A stretch of DNA of 64,000 nt from Marsupella aquatica (lineage: Eukaryota > Plantae > Marchantiophyta). The translations under genes and the position numbers were made by a program. The first letter of the stretch is position 1. Each line of letters opens with the position of its first letter. Where the stretch lies: assembly GCA_973895155.1 (NCBI GenBank), contig OZ316899.1:13209934-13273933 (forward strand), given 5' to 3'. A model generated the notes under the pieces. The model did not search any database, was not told where the DNA came from, and saw nothing but the letters and a program-made list of their open reading frames with translations. This document shows positions 11,407 through 24,239 of the stretch, piece after piece.

Positions 11407-11978
11407 CCTTGAGGGCTTGTCGATCCCCCGACATCTCCTCGTTGCCTATAGGCTAAACCGTTCACGCTTGTAGTGTACCGGCCACTCCGCCGGTCTGAGT
11501 CACCGCGTGTCAGTGGACGCCTCCTGAAGTTCGTTATACGGACCCAAGGGAGGGGCCCCTCCACGCTCGTAACTCGGGCGTGCAAATGGCGACGCGCCGC
11601 CAGCCCGAACATGAATTCCTCTTATTGACTAATGATTTCCTACTCATAATGGCTACCTAAATATTGTCGTTATGCTAATCATAGCGGCCTAAGATACCCC
11701 TAACGCGCGTGCTAAGCACGGTTTAGACCAAATTACTGATTACTCGCCGTACCGGCGGTGTCACATTTCGCATTGCTCCCCCTGAGTCATTCACTTTTGT
11801 GGCTCTCTTATAGTCATTCTTTCCGTCATGTTGGCGCGGCTGCCATTTCTTGTAAATTTCTGTTGTGATCTTTGTTCGAGATCTGTTCGAGTTGAGCTGG
11901 TCCAAGCTTCGCGGTGTAGCCTACGGGTCGGTCTCCCCTTGAGCAAAACGAGCGCGGCCACTGTAAGTATAATTGTGT

Positions 11979-14900
11979 TTAATTTTGTAGTTCAATTAAG
12001 GTCCGTAGACCTATTGAAATGGCATGCTGCTTATGTAATGCAGGGGGTAGGGATTTGGTAAACATATCGGCAATGTTCTGTGAGCTTTGTATCCATTTGA
12101 CTTGAATACTACTGCCTTGTTGTTCATGCGTAAAGAAGAACTTAGGAGCGATGTGCCTCGTGCAATCTCCCTTGATAAAGCCTGCTTGAATTTGTTCAAC
12201 GCAGGCTCGGTTATCTTCATGGATTTCTGTCGGTGTTGACAGTGTAGGTATGCCGGTATTCTCATGAATGTGATTAATAACGTTGCGTAGCCAGATACAC
12301 TCCCTGCTTGATTCATAGAGAGCTATGATCTCTGAGTGGTTTGACAATGTCGTGGTTAGTGTCTGCTTGCAGCTTTGCCATGAAATGGCTGTCTCTCCCA
12401 TCAGGAAAATGTACCCTGTCTGAGACTTGGCGTCCTCAGGGTCTGAAAGGTAACCTGCATCAGCATACCCAGTGAGCAAGTAATTAGCATTTGATGGGTA
12501 GAATAGTCCCAAATCCATGGTACCTGTTAGGTAGCGGAAAATGCGCTTTATGCCATTCCAATGCCTAATAGTCGGCTTGGCACTGTGGCATGTCAGTAAA
12601 TTTACTGCAAAGGCTATGTCGGGCCTTGTCTGGTTTGAAAGGAACATCAAGACACCTATAGCAGATAGGTATGGCTTTTATGGGCCAAGTAGTGGCTCTG
12701 TCTCGCTCCTCTTCCGGAAGAGATCCTTTTCTTTGTCAAGTGAGCGAATGTCTATGGGACATCTGACTGCAGTGGCTTTGTCCATGTTAAATTTCCTTAG
12801 TATCTTTTTGAGGTACGTGGACTGATGCAGTAGAATGCCATTGTGCAGGTGCTCAAATTGCAGGCCTAGGCAGAAAGAAGTCTGGCCAAGGTCGCGCATC
12901 TCGAAGGCCTTTTTCAGTAGTGTAATAGTTTCAGTCAGAATCTTTTTAGTTCCAAACAAGTTCAGATCGTCCACATAGATGGCTACTATAATGAATTCTT
13001 TGTTCTCCTGCTTCAGAAATAAGCAGGGTGCTATATCAGCATTCTTAAATCCCATAGCTTGCATCTCGGCCTTAAATCGTTTGTACCATGTCAGGCCACT
13101 TTGCTTAAGGCCATACAGTGATCTTAACACCTGTACTGTGAATCTAGTTCTCCGGGTGATGTCCCTCTGATTTGGTGTAGGAGCTTTAAGGGCTATCTTG
13201 GCTGTAGTCTTGTGGAGTATGGCTGAATTTGTATGTTCGAATGTTTCCGGCTGATTTCGAGTTGCTGCTGTATGGAGTTGTTTCCCTTTGTTGTGGTATG
13301 CGACTTGTTTCACCAATTCTGGGGGGGCCTCCATGTATATAACTTTGTCTAAATGGCCGTATAAATATGCTGTTACAATATCCATTTGATGCATGGATAA
13401 GTGATGGCGTTGTGAAAATGTAATGAGGTATCTGTAGGTAATAACATCCATTACCGGGGAGTATGTTAGGTCATAGTCCCTGCTGGGGACTTGAGTAAAT
13501 CCTCTGGCCACCAGTCTGGCCTTATGCCGTGTCACATCACCTTTCGCATTTCTTTTCTTGACTAAGGTCCATTTATAGCCAGTGAGATGGGCTTCAGGTT
13601 TAGCTATTGTGATCGGTCCGAATACCTGGCGAGCTATGAGGGAGTCCAGCTCTAAGTGAATGGCCTATTCCCATTCGGGCCAGTCAGGTTGGGCCTCAGC
13701 TTCTTTAATTGTGCGGGGGTCCGGCTGTTCATCGTCGATCTGCTGTGCTATATGAAATGCAAATTGTTTGTCTATAGTGGTGTGCTCTCTGTCCCATACA
13801 TGCCCAGTTCTTCCATAGTTGATTGAGATCTTGGCATTGTCTTCTGGTACATTGGATTGACTGGGAGTTGGGTACAGGTGTTGGGGCAGCTCTACGTTGT
13901 CGTGGTTGTCTGTCGACAGCTCCCAATGGGCGGCCTCTCTTTGCTTTCGGGGCTGTTGTTGATGCTGGTGTGGTCTCCATTTGGATTCTGGATGGTGCAT
14001 TTGCTGCTGGGATATGAGAGCGTGTCACCTGGGCGGCATCTGTGAAGGAGTCTGGTAGATGTTCTACCATCCTTGCTAAGTGTAAAATTCGTTGTACTTC
14101 AGTGTCCGTGTGACTGTCCCTGGGGTTGTTCCAGAACCCGACATCAATTTGCCAAGTCAATTGGGAGTTTTTCTCTGTGTCGTGTTGCTTTGTATGTAGG
14201 CTGGGGAATATATCTTCATAAAAGTGGCAATCTGCAAAGCGTGCTTTGAAGACATCAGAGGTTGTAGGTTCCATATACCTGATAATGGAAGCTGAGTTAA
14301 AGCCTATGTATATCCCTGGGTGTCTCTGGGGGCCCATCTTGGTTCTCTTAGGTCCCAGGGTGGGTACCATTACCTTACAGCCGAATGTTCTCAGGTGAGA
14401 GACATTTGGTATGGTCCCTAGTGCTAGATGATGTGGGGTAGAGGAATTAAAGGATGATGGTCTGTAGCTGAGTAGTGCAGCAGAGTGGAGAATGGCATGG
14501 CCCCAGGCAGCTGTTGGTAGATTCGACTGCATTAGGAGGGGCCGGGCAATCATCTGTAATTGTTTGATCAGGGATTCAGCTATTCCGTTCTGAAAATGAA
14601 CATGGGGCACTGGGTACTGTACATCTATGCCGGTAGCGTGGCAGAAATCTTCAAACGTTTTGGAGGTAAATTCTCCGGCATTGTCCACTCTGAGTGTTTT
14701 GATCTGGTGTTCGGGAAATTGTGCTCTCAGTTTTAGTATGTGTGCTAGAAGTCGGGAAAATACCAGGTTTCTTGTGGATAATAAAGATATTTGACTCCAT
14801 TTGGTTGATGCGTCTATGACCGCCAGGAAAAATTGGAATGGGCCGCTGGGAGGATCGATCGGCCCACATACATCAGCGTGTATGCGCTCTAGGAAGTGGG

Positions 14901-16528
14901 GAATTTGGCGCTCAGTTGTGGGTGGTGAGGGACGGATTATGAGCTTGCCCTGTGAGCAAGCTAAACAAGGGGCTTTTATGGACGTGGGGTGGACCGTTTC
15001 TGGTATGCCGTGGGTTTCTCTGATAAGTTTCTGGAACATTGTTGTGCCAGGGTGGCCTAGTCGCCTGTGCCAGATCTCGGTGAGTGTGCCCTGGGGTGTT
15101 GTAGTGTGAAAGCTATGGATTTCAGTAGTGTAACAACCGGGGGTGATGCTCTCAGGATCTCTCTGATCTTGATATTTGGTGGTTCCCCCGAGGTGATGTA
15201 CAGGACTTCCCGTCCTTGTTGGGTGCCCGTCTTAATATGTAGCTTGTTGGCGCGGATATCCCCAAAACTTAGTAAGTTCCTGGTTGCCTTGGGGGCGAAC
15301 ATCGCAGACTCCACATGGATTATTGTTCCACGGGGTAGGGTGACCAATGCTGGTCCAAATCCCTCTTCCAATTGGTGCTGGCCCATAATCGTTGTAAGTT
15401 TTCTTTGTGATTGAAAATGGAATGTGATGTACCACTGTCTACTATGCAGTGAGAAAATTTGTCTTTTATATTAGAATCAGGTGTGATGTTTAATGTGACC
15501 ATATGTATAGATGGTATGATCTCTGTAGATTCTAAAAAGGACCCGTACGTCTCAGGTTCATTTTGTTCAATGCTCTTCTTATATAATTGTACAAGGTGTA
15601 TAGGGGCACGGCAGAATTTTTGAATGTGGCCCTTAGTGCCGCAACGGAAACATATAGGGGGGTTTTCTTATTAATCTCTTTGAGCGCTTTGCTGATGAGG
15701 TATCCTCGGTCGGGGTTGAGAATTGTCTCTTTGCCCATTGTTTCTGGAGTTGTATCCATTGTTTTGATATCTTCCCCTGGATCTGCCTCTAAAAGAGTTG
15801 TTTCTGCCCCCGCGTCCTCTGGAGGGACCTCCTCGACCTCTATTTGTGTTTCTCCCCCTGAAGCTGCGTCGGCCGCGGTAAGATGGTCCCTCTCCCCTTT
15901 GAGTTGTCACGTAATGAGATTCTGTGTTTGTGACTGGAGGGAGGGTGTCGGGGGGTCGTTTTTGGGAGTTCTGTAATAGCAATAGCTGATGCTTCTCAGC
16001 TAGGAGCATATGTGCGATCAATTTGGAGTATTTGGTGAATCGCATGTTGCAGTATTGAGTGGAGAGGATGAGATTGGTAGAGTGGAGGGTGGATAGCATT
16101 TTCTCGATCTGTTCTTCATCATTTACAGGGTGGCCACATATGGCCAATTGTGATACTATCTGGAATAATTCATAGTTGTAGTCTGCGATCGTCTTATGGT
16201 CTTGGACTCTAAGATTGATCCAATCGTGTTTGGCTGCAGGCAGGTATATTGTGCGGGTGTGATCGAAGCGGGATTGAAGTTCTTCCTAGAGGATCCTTGG
16301 ATTGTATTCGTTCATGTACTGCCGCTTCAAGGAGTCGCTCAAATGGTGTCTGATTAGTATCAATGCCTGCGCCTTTTGCTGGAGAGTTAGGCCATTGTCA
16401 GTTATTACAGTATCCTGTAGATTCTTTGAAGTTAAATGAGCTTCCGTATCAAGCGACCAGGACAAGTAATTGGCGCCATCGATGCTGAGTGGTTGAAATA
16501 AAAGTTTCTCCATGGAATTCGTTGACAT
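11979..16528 (-). pseudogene. gag-pol: Bianca gag-pol (Gag, PR, INT, RT, RH), disrupted
   Basis: ORF pieces 16528-16286, 16147-15671, 15502-15320 (CIVDSGTSHSI), 15039-13729 (INT), 13535-12678 (RT), 12650-11979 (RH). Confidence 0.92.
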
Positions 16529-16815
16529 TTTTTGGATAATTTGTTATTGATAAACTCAATTGGTGAAGTTGAAGGAATTGAGGATAGACTTTCAAATCGT
16601 GTTTGGAAAATTTGGAGTTTCTTATCTCATTGTCCGATTTTGTATCCAATTTGCTTCGATCATTAACATGCAGTCTTGCGGGATGATTTCGGCCACCGCT
16701 GCTCCTTCGTCTGCCTTTAATCATGCCCTTAATGATAGAAAAAAAAGTCTTGCTATGGAGGAGAAAATGTAATCCCTAAAAAAATTGATTCAAATCCAAC
16801 ATCGTGCTGATAACA

Positions 16816-16973
16816 TGTTGTGAGGTATAGAACAACTGATACTTCATTCCCTTCCATATCCTTACATATAGGCTATCCAATAGCCAGGCGGTTAGACAGT
16901 TAGTGTGGTCTAACCTGAGTAGGCGTAAACCTAGTTAACCTCATGTATGGTCTGGTTAACTCGGGTTACAACA
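16816..16973 (-). repeat. Bianca 5' LTR (158 bp), with PBS at 16802-16815
   Basis: TGTTGT...ACAACA inverted termini; followed on the minus strand by TGTTATCAGCACGAT; outer flank TTAAG is the expected TSD. Confidence 0.8.
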
Positions 16974-17251
16974 TTAAGAGATTTATGTGCCAGAAGTTGA
17001 ACGAAGCAATCAAGTACTGAGACGCCAAGAAAGTACAAGCCTTGGTGCTTTGAGGGAATCAAGAGAAGAGGAGGGACTATTCAGGTCCAGAATTTATCAT
17101 TGCTATCGAAGGAACGTTGAGCGATTCTTAAAGGCAGTGGCAGAGTACTGTGAGCAAACGTTTTCTTCTTGGGAGTGGAAGCAATCTGATCCATTGAAGG
17201 GAGGCTTTTAGCAATAGACGAGAGTTTCTTGATCCAAGATTGGGGAGAGCG

Positions 17252-19655
17252 ATGGGAAAGGCAAAGATGGTTTTGATGCCACCTGATTCAGAGATCGTGG
17301 CGAATGTAGACAACTATCGGAAAGTGGGGATAGAATCGCTTGCGGATTTCCTTTGGGTGATTAGTAGCGCAAGTTTGGTGGATGAAATTCAGTTGCGGAA
17401 TAGGACCTCGAAAGGGTTGAGCCCCAGGTCGGATTATACTGCATTCAGTCTGAAGGCAGTACCGGACTGCTATGTCATTTCATCTTTAGGTCTTACCCCT
17501 GAGGATTTTACATCTTCCCGTCTCTTCCATGACATTTGCAAGGATCGATTTTTGAGTGCGTTTACAAAGGAAGGTTTCACGCCCGATTCTGCTTGTGATC
17601 CTGCGCTTAGGGTGATTTTCCGCTTCATCGTGCCCATCCTTACTCCTAATAAGCCAAAAGGATTATTGGAAAGCTGGCAACAATGATTATCACTGCATAT
17701 GAGAAGGGGAAGCCGGTCAACTGGGCAAGTCTTCTTTGGGAGTCATTTCAGCTATGATGCAAAAAGGTGAAGGATGGGATGGATTTCTTTATTTCGCCAA
17801 TGTTGTATCATCTGTATCGATCGGAGGGGAAACTGTCACCTATGGAACTCCAAGAATATGAAGAGGCCTTGGCCAATTGGTCACTCATGGAAGATCCGCC
17901 TTCAGCTGAGGATGCCACTGACAGCGAAGAGGAAGATTGTGCTGAACCGATCATCAAATCTAAAGTGATCGGCGGCCGAGTGTTGCGGAAACGACAAGAG
18001 ACAGTCAAATTGCCTCCTAGAGCATCAAAGATCAAGAAGAGAGAGGGGGCAGTGCCATTTGTGAATCTGGAAGGCAAAGAAGACATTTCCCTGATTGAAG
18101 CAAAATTTTGTGCTGTTACAGAGGAGTTTTGTAAGGCAAATTCCGCAAATGCTAAACTTGTGGAGGACTTGTCGAATCATTTTTCTTGCCCTTCGATTGA
18201 CCTTCTTGATCACATTGACAAATTGCTAGTTCAAGTTGCTGCTGCCAATAAAGAGAAGCAGAACCATGATACAAAGACGAAGCGCTTGGAGAAGCAAATT
18301 CAAGAATTGGTCCAAGGAACTGTTTTGCCAGCGATTCAGCATTCTGTTGTACAGATCGGAGAAGCAGCTCAAACAATCGCTCTGTTGACAGTAGAACGAC
18401 TCCAACTTGCAGCATTGACCTCTGAAGGGTGGCAGACTGATGAAAAGAGTTTGAGCCGGATTGCCATAGCCATTACTAATCAGAAAGGACTTCTGGACCG
18501 GAAGTATGAAGTACTATTCAAGGTGGTAGGCGAATTGAAGGATTTTGTTGACCACCGTCTTCCTGCCATTCCTCCACCCAAAATGATTCTTGAAGAGAGA
18601 CCTCAGACAGAAGCAGTCATTTTACCAATCCGTAATGATTTGACTGTATTATCGTGTGAAGGGAGACAAGACTTAGAGCGGTTTTCCCATGGGTTAATTC
18701 GTTTCATTACACCCTCGGTCGATTTCCTTTGCTACTACCGTATTCAAAAGTTCATGGTCTGTTATTATTATTGTTTACCTGACTTTGAAAAGACCAGAAA
18801 GGTATCATTGACCCTAATCTATAGTGTCTGGAGTAAATCCACTACGGATGCCCGAGAATTGCTAGCGTTGCCTTACTTTTTGGAGACCTGCAGGTTGATG
18901 ATCTTTCTCTAGCTACCAGACTGCTTGGAAACCTTGCAGGGTGGGCTACTAAGTTTCAATGTGGCTATCTAGCCAAGTTAGATGAGCATCTTTCAAACTT
19001 GGTCGCTGGTGACATTGAGATTCACTCTGGCTCTACTGTCAACTTGATACCAGACGTTTCCAGTGGTTCATGTAATTTTGATTCCCTAATCCAGAAGCGG
19101 AGGGCGACTGTCACTTTGGAGAGCCAGGTACTTTTGGAAGGCTTGAAGTCAAATCTTGAAGTTTTTCGAGAACAGGAAAGCCCTACAGTCTTTGACCAGA
19201 TACAGCAAATTGGAGGTGATTCCGGATTCAGTGTCAAAAAATTGGAGAGGGCGATTCTTGCATCAGCCCGAGTTCAGATACTGCTTCTCACTGATGAAAA
19301 GTTTGAGTTGTCAGAGGAAATTCGCCGGTACTCCTGCCCTACCCCGATGATTGACCGTGAATATGTTTTTGTTGCTAAGATGGTGGAAGACAATCAGTTG
19401 TTCAATCCTCCATTGGTTACTCCTGAATTTACTCAGCCTCAGTTTGAAGAAGACCAGGACTTATCTGAACCGATTCCTTCTGTTGAGCCTTGCAATTCTT
19501 CTCCAGTTAATGACATTCCAACAGAGGATGTTTTAGAAGAGGATGAGGAGCCAAGTACCGAGATCATTCAGATGGAGACTATTGAGGACTCTTTTCCCCC
19601 TGTCTGCCGATCCGGTCTTGAGAAGCGAAAGCAATTCCTTGGCCAGAAGTCTTAA
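17252..19655 (+). pseudogene. Degenerate retroelement accessory ORF (distant relative of the LTR-encoded proteins; coiled coil, acidic tail)
   Basis: Pieces 17240-17686, 17767-18912 and 18999-19655. Motifs GIESLADFLW, TKEGF...CDP...FIVPILTPNKP, VNWASLLW, FISPMLYHLY; coiled-coil-like AANKEKQNHDTKTKRLEKQIQEL. Confidence 0.6.
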
Positions 19656-19699
19656 GAAGACCCGAAGATTCCCACCCGCTGTCCTCAAGCGAAAGATGC

Positions 19700-21783
19700 C
19701 ACCAAGCGATAGTTGAGGCCTGAAGTACATGCTGCCATTTTGTGAGAAGATTTCTGAATTTCAGGGCACTGTTTAAAGAGCCTGATGTACTACAGAGATT
19801 CGAAGGAGAGCTTTATAAACTGTGACATTTTTTCAGCTGTGCTTACTTGATGACTCTGAACTGAGATGTTTTCTATTGGCGAATTTCCCCCTTATGTTTT
19901 ATTCTTCCTACTCTAGATCCTTTGCAAAACTCTATCTCTACTGTACCTCAATCGCTTTTAATCAGGAATTATGAAGCGATCTCTTTCCTTTCAATAAGTT
20001 TATTCATTTCTTTTCTTTCATCCTCCCCATGTTTATCCCTTAGTGCTCAGTCCCTGAAAACTACCTTTTGCTTTACATATTTCCCAAAAATCTCCAAAAG
20101 TTATTAAAATCAGAACCGTTTCTATCCTTTGAGTCAAAATACCTCAAACCGTTTCATTTTTAACTTTAAAACTCTCTTTGTTTTTCCTTAGCTTACCCAT
20201 CTTTTGATTTTTCCTCAATGAATTCTCCCTAACTTTTGACCTCTCCTCCATTAAATCTCCATGTCTGGCCATAGAACTCCTGGTTCTATAAGGATTGCTG
20301 CTTTGAGAAGAGCTTTTCTTCAAGCTCAGACCTTGAGTTTGAGAGGAAGGAATGGCTTGCATTGGATTGCCATTACTTGGTGGGAAGATGTTACCCTGCA
20401 TATTATCCATTTTTCTACAATGGGACCATCAATAACATTGAGCATTTGGTACTGGACATTTATGCTTTGGCCAATCCTCCAACAAGAAGAAGAGGCCACC
20501 CTAGAAGATCATGATGCTGGAGGAGACCATGACCCGGTACATCCGAAGAAGAGAATTTTCCACGACTCAAGTGTTTGCGAGGTCACTTCACATTTGAGGA
20601 GGGGGTTATGTGGAAAGGTAAAAAGGAACTACGGAGTGAAAGTGATCCATTTTAAAACATTTTAACCTTACTTGAAGCTTATTTAGGTTTATCCATCACC
20701 CCTTAATCCATTTTAAGCCTCAAAGGAATGTTATGGAAGAAAGCTAAGAAGTTTGAGTTTGGAAGGAAGAATCGCTTCAGACAAAAAATCGGTTTCAAAG
20801 AAATCCGAAAGAAATCGCTTCGGGAGGAAGCAGAAGAATCGCTTTGCAGAAAGACCAGCAGAAGAATCGCTTTGGAAGTTGGAAAACCGGTTTAGACTTT
20901 TGGAAGCAACTTTGACGGACGATTGTGATCGGTCCCATATCGGTTTGAGGAGATTTTTGGTGCGTTGGAAAGATCTTATCAAGGGCTATAAGGAGAATTT
21001 AAGTTTGGTCCCAAAAGACCAACTTCAGAATAACCCAAACCGATTCTCCAAGGTTTTTTGGCATATGTTACTTAAATCATTTTCTATCTCTTTTCTCACC
21101 TCTTGAACCTTTCCATGAGTTAGATAGAGTAGGATATAGAGGGACATAGTTTAGTGTACCTTTAGGAATTAGATTTAGAGAGTTTTTAGGCTTCTAAACC
21201 TTTTGGCATCTTAAACCTTTTGAGGGAGCCTTACAAGTGGACTCCCAAGATCATGATTCATTGTCTTTTCTTCAACATTGATTTTTGACCAAGTGTGGGT
21301 CTTTTTCTCATGCCAAATTGGGCTTAGGAGAAAGAATTTAATGGAGAAGACTTGTACCACTCACATCAATTGAATTTCAAACATTTCATGAATCAAACTT
21401 AAGTATTCAAGTTTTGATGTTTGAATTAGTTGTAGGAAATAGATTTGAATGGATAACTAAGGTGTGCCTTTGAAATCTAGTTGAAATGGGAATTGTACCA
21501 ACCTTCGTGACGTAAAACCGATCACTACTAAGTGTATAAGGAAGTTAGAGGGAAGAGAAAACCTTTCAATCTATCGAGAAGAAGCCGAACCTAAGGAATT
21601 TCATTTCAGCATTTGTGACATACTAATCGTTTCAGGATTATATAAGGAAAAATAGCAAAGAAATCACTTGAAGATTTTGAACATCACAAAACCTTGGTAA
21701 ATCACTTTGTTTATTCTTTACGGGACCAAATCTTGGTATTTAAGGATAAAAGTATATACATTTGTATGATTCCACTTACCACA
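19700..21783 (+). repeat. Probable LTR sequence (U3 repeats, TATA, CT-rich R/U5) ending ...TTACCACA; start undefined
   Basis: Repeated AAGAATCGCT-type motifs at 20767-20875, CTATAAGG near 20985, a pyrimidine tract after it, and a CA end resembling the solo-LTR end GCACCACA. No second copy in the window. Confidence 0.4.
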
Positions 21784-24239
21784 GTCCTCAAGTTGTTTCG
21801 TCTTTCCGGCCGCACTCTCCAAGAAAATCCGGACATGCTCCAACTCTGCTGATGCCGTCCACTTTGAACTGGGGGTCACACCTGGAAGACTTCCTCTACT
21901 TTCCGGTCTCCGGACAGGTTCCGGAACTTCAACAGGATCCGGTTCCCGTTATGAAGGGACTCTGTTCTTGTAATGTGAGAAGGACCTTGATCTTTCCATA
22001 CGGGGATGAATTCCTCATTGGGAGATGATAATTATGGCATTGTGAATAGATACTAGAGAGGTTGGATTTGACATGGTGCTGAAACATTGCTAGGTGATTC
22101 AAGAGATCCCCCTCTCTTGAATCATGCATCCTCTTGCTGCAGCGGCGGAAACAGGCTTGGATCTCACTACATCATTTTCTGGAAAAATGTTCATCCGAAA
22201 CAACCAAGGAAGAAGAACATTCAACAGTGCACATTATGTTCTGAATACGGTCTCTTCATTGAGAGAAAAGTATATATAACCATTCAAGGGAGTTTGCAAA
22301 TGCAAGATCATTGTAGCATTCATGCTCCCTTGCTGCTGATTTGCGATCATTGCCTGCAATGTATGGATTGTACTAGTGCCTCGGGCTCCAACACGCTTTA
22401 CATCATTCTTTCCATCTTTAATCTAGAGACATTTCAAGGGCTGGCAAATACTTTAAGGTCCTACCTAGCATGCATCCAAAATACGCTTACGGAAGCCCGT
22501 GTGTTTATAGGTATACATCCTTTGGAGTCTCAAATGAAGCGGAAATCCTTAAAAAATGTTCATGAGTCTCTTGCAGCATTGATCAAGGACTCGGCAAATG
22601 AATTGCTGGAGGGATGGACGGACGGATGGATTGACGCAATTGAGGGATCTAGGGAAGCCATCAACCAACCGGGACATGTCGTGTGAGCCTCACATCGCGC
22701 AAAGAGAAGCAACAAACTATGGCCAATAAAAAATCTTTTTTGAGGGAGAGTAGGAAACAAAAGAAGCGACAGAAGCAACAACCTTCTTTGCTTGCCCTAA
22801 ATTCCATTCCCCTCCCTCCCCTACCTCTCGCGTCGCCCATTTGGCCCCTCTGCACGGGGAGGATGATGTTTTTGCTGAGGGGTGGAATCATGATGAGCGC
22901 GAGTGCTTGATGATCGATTCTACTATTGCTCTACTTCTGCTTCTAGTCTGGCAAGCTCGAAGATGCTATTGTAGGCTGATGCGGGGTTGAATTTTGAGGA
23001 CAAAGGACTGGAGGGGGGATATAATTGTATAATTATATGGCAGGGAGAAATGGGTGGGCGGGTGCATGGGGACGGCCTTGCGGAGTCCCAGGTCCTGTAA
23101 TTTGGTCTGTGAGGTACGTCCCAGCCAATGAGGTCCTTCTTTGCTTGACTTGTTTGGCTGAGATGACAGGCTTCTTGTGTCGTTGTGCCTCCGTTGAGTC
23201 TGAAGGGTTGGCTAATTTGCTTTTTTTAATTCTCTTGTGGGAAGGTTGCATAAGCAATAGGGTCCCTTCTTGCCATTATTGCTGCTCTAGCCGCTACGGC
23301 CGATGATTCCCGATGAATGAAAGGGGCGAGGGGTGTTTGTTGATGTGTTTAATTTCTAGGCGGATTGGATTGGATTGGAGGGGAGGGGCGGGGATCGAGG
23401 GGACCAATTAATCCTTGCGTTTGCATACTCTGTCGGTGTGTTTGCAAGGCAACGGGCGTTGATTGAAGGGGTGCTTTCTAGTCTCTATCTCAACTTGATG
23501 AGTGTCCCTCTCCGGCAGATTACCAGGACCTGTTCCACAAACTTTGACACCGACAAGAGTGAAACAATGCAAAAGGTTTTTGCAAGTTAGGCTGGTTTGA
23601 CAAAAAATTGTGAGTCAAGCTACTGGAGGTAATTATGTTCTTGAACAATTCAGGTTTCTCCAGATAGTGTCATAATTCCTTATTAATGAAAGAATTTGTT
23701 TTTAAAAACCATTATGGCTTTCATTTATACAGGTTCAGCCCATCCAAGGGTGGACCTTATTCTTCTAGCAGCTCATGCCAGAGTGCCAGAAGGAGGCTTT
23801 ACACCATGCCAGGAAACAGGAGATTTTTTAACTGATACGAGCAAAAACTTTCCACATATTAGGAAAGTTTTACTGTTATCAACAATGTTTTTACTCACAT
23901 CAGGAAAAACATTTATGGAATTGTCATCCTCCGTACTGTTGTGAGCAAAACCAAACAAAAAAACATTCAAAAATGCCATGAAAAGTGGAGTGCCAAGTCT
24001 CTTCAACCACTTATAAGAGTGTTCAAAAACCAATTTTTATAAAAAACGGGGCACTGCCCTAACCTCAAAAGGCACATTTTGAGCAAAATATGTAAAGAAT
24101 ACTAGCGCCAAGCGCTAGCAATGATCCAACCCTATTTTACAAAACCAAACATTGTTTAATACACTCATTCTAAATAAGCTTCTCTATATGATAATGCCGT
24201 TGGAAAATGACAGAGTACTGACCAATTTAACGTAAACTA

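Larger units (their letters stand above)
1..11765 (-). mobile_element. Ty3/gypsy LTR retrotransposon, Athila-like (non-chromoviral), with ~4-kb gene-containing LTRs; 3' LTR runs off the left edge of the window
   Basis: gag-PR-RT-RH-INT order on the minus strand. 1-1651 repeats 10110-11765 at roughly 95% identity by eye. A PPT abuts TG at 1651. Athila-like motifs PIDDIFPDEELF/WYGSIITFL and GKLHTRWLGPF; no chromodomain or extra RNase H seen. Confidence 0.9.
7745..11765 (-). repeat. 5' LTR (~4.0 kb) of the Athila-like element, containing a long ORF
   Basis: Starts TGTGACACC at 11765, where homology with the 3' copy begins. The end ...GACGTGACA at 7745 is inferred from an imperfect inverted repeat next to the PBS candidate, so the inner boundary is less certain than the outer one. 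Confidence 0.75.
11766..16973 (-). mobile_element. Ty1/copia retrotransposon, Bianca lineage; 3' region interrupted by the Athila-like element (3' LTR expected left of the window)
   Basis: Short LTR followed by the Bianca-type PBS TGTTATCAGCACGA. Gag LSIDGANYLSWSLD, integrase FLERIHADVCGP, RT YSPVMD/IYVDDLN, RH GYADAGYLSDP; TCAGGGGGAG motif in the 3' region. Confidence 0.88.

Noticed and set aside
1-11765. Simple tandem/segmental duplication as the explanation for 1-1651 = 10110-11765
   Set aside because: The repeat begins exactly at TG after a PPT and brackets gag-pol, and a TSD-flanked solo element has the same architecture. Not formally excluded until the left flank is seen.
21784-24230. 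Possible host gene (199-aa ORF at 22087-22686 and neighbours)
   Set aside because: No recognisable domain or consistent exon structure; probably decayed TE or intergenic DNA.
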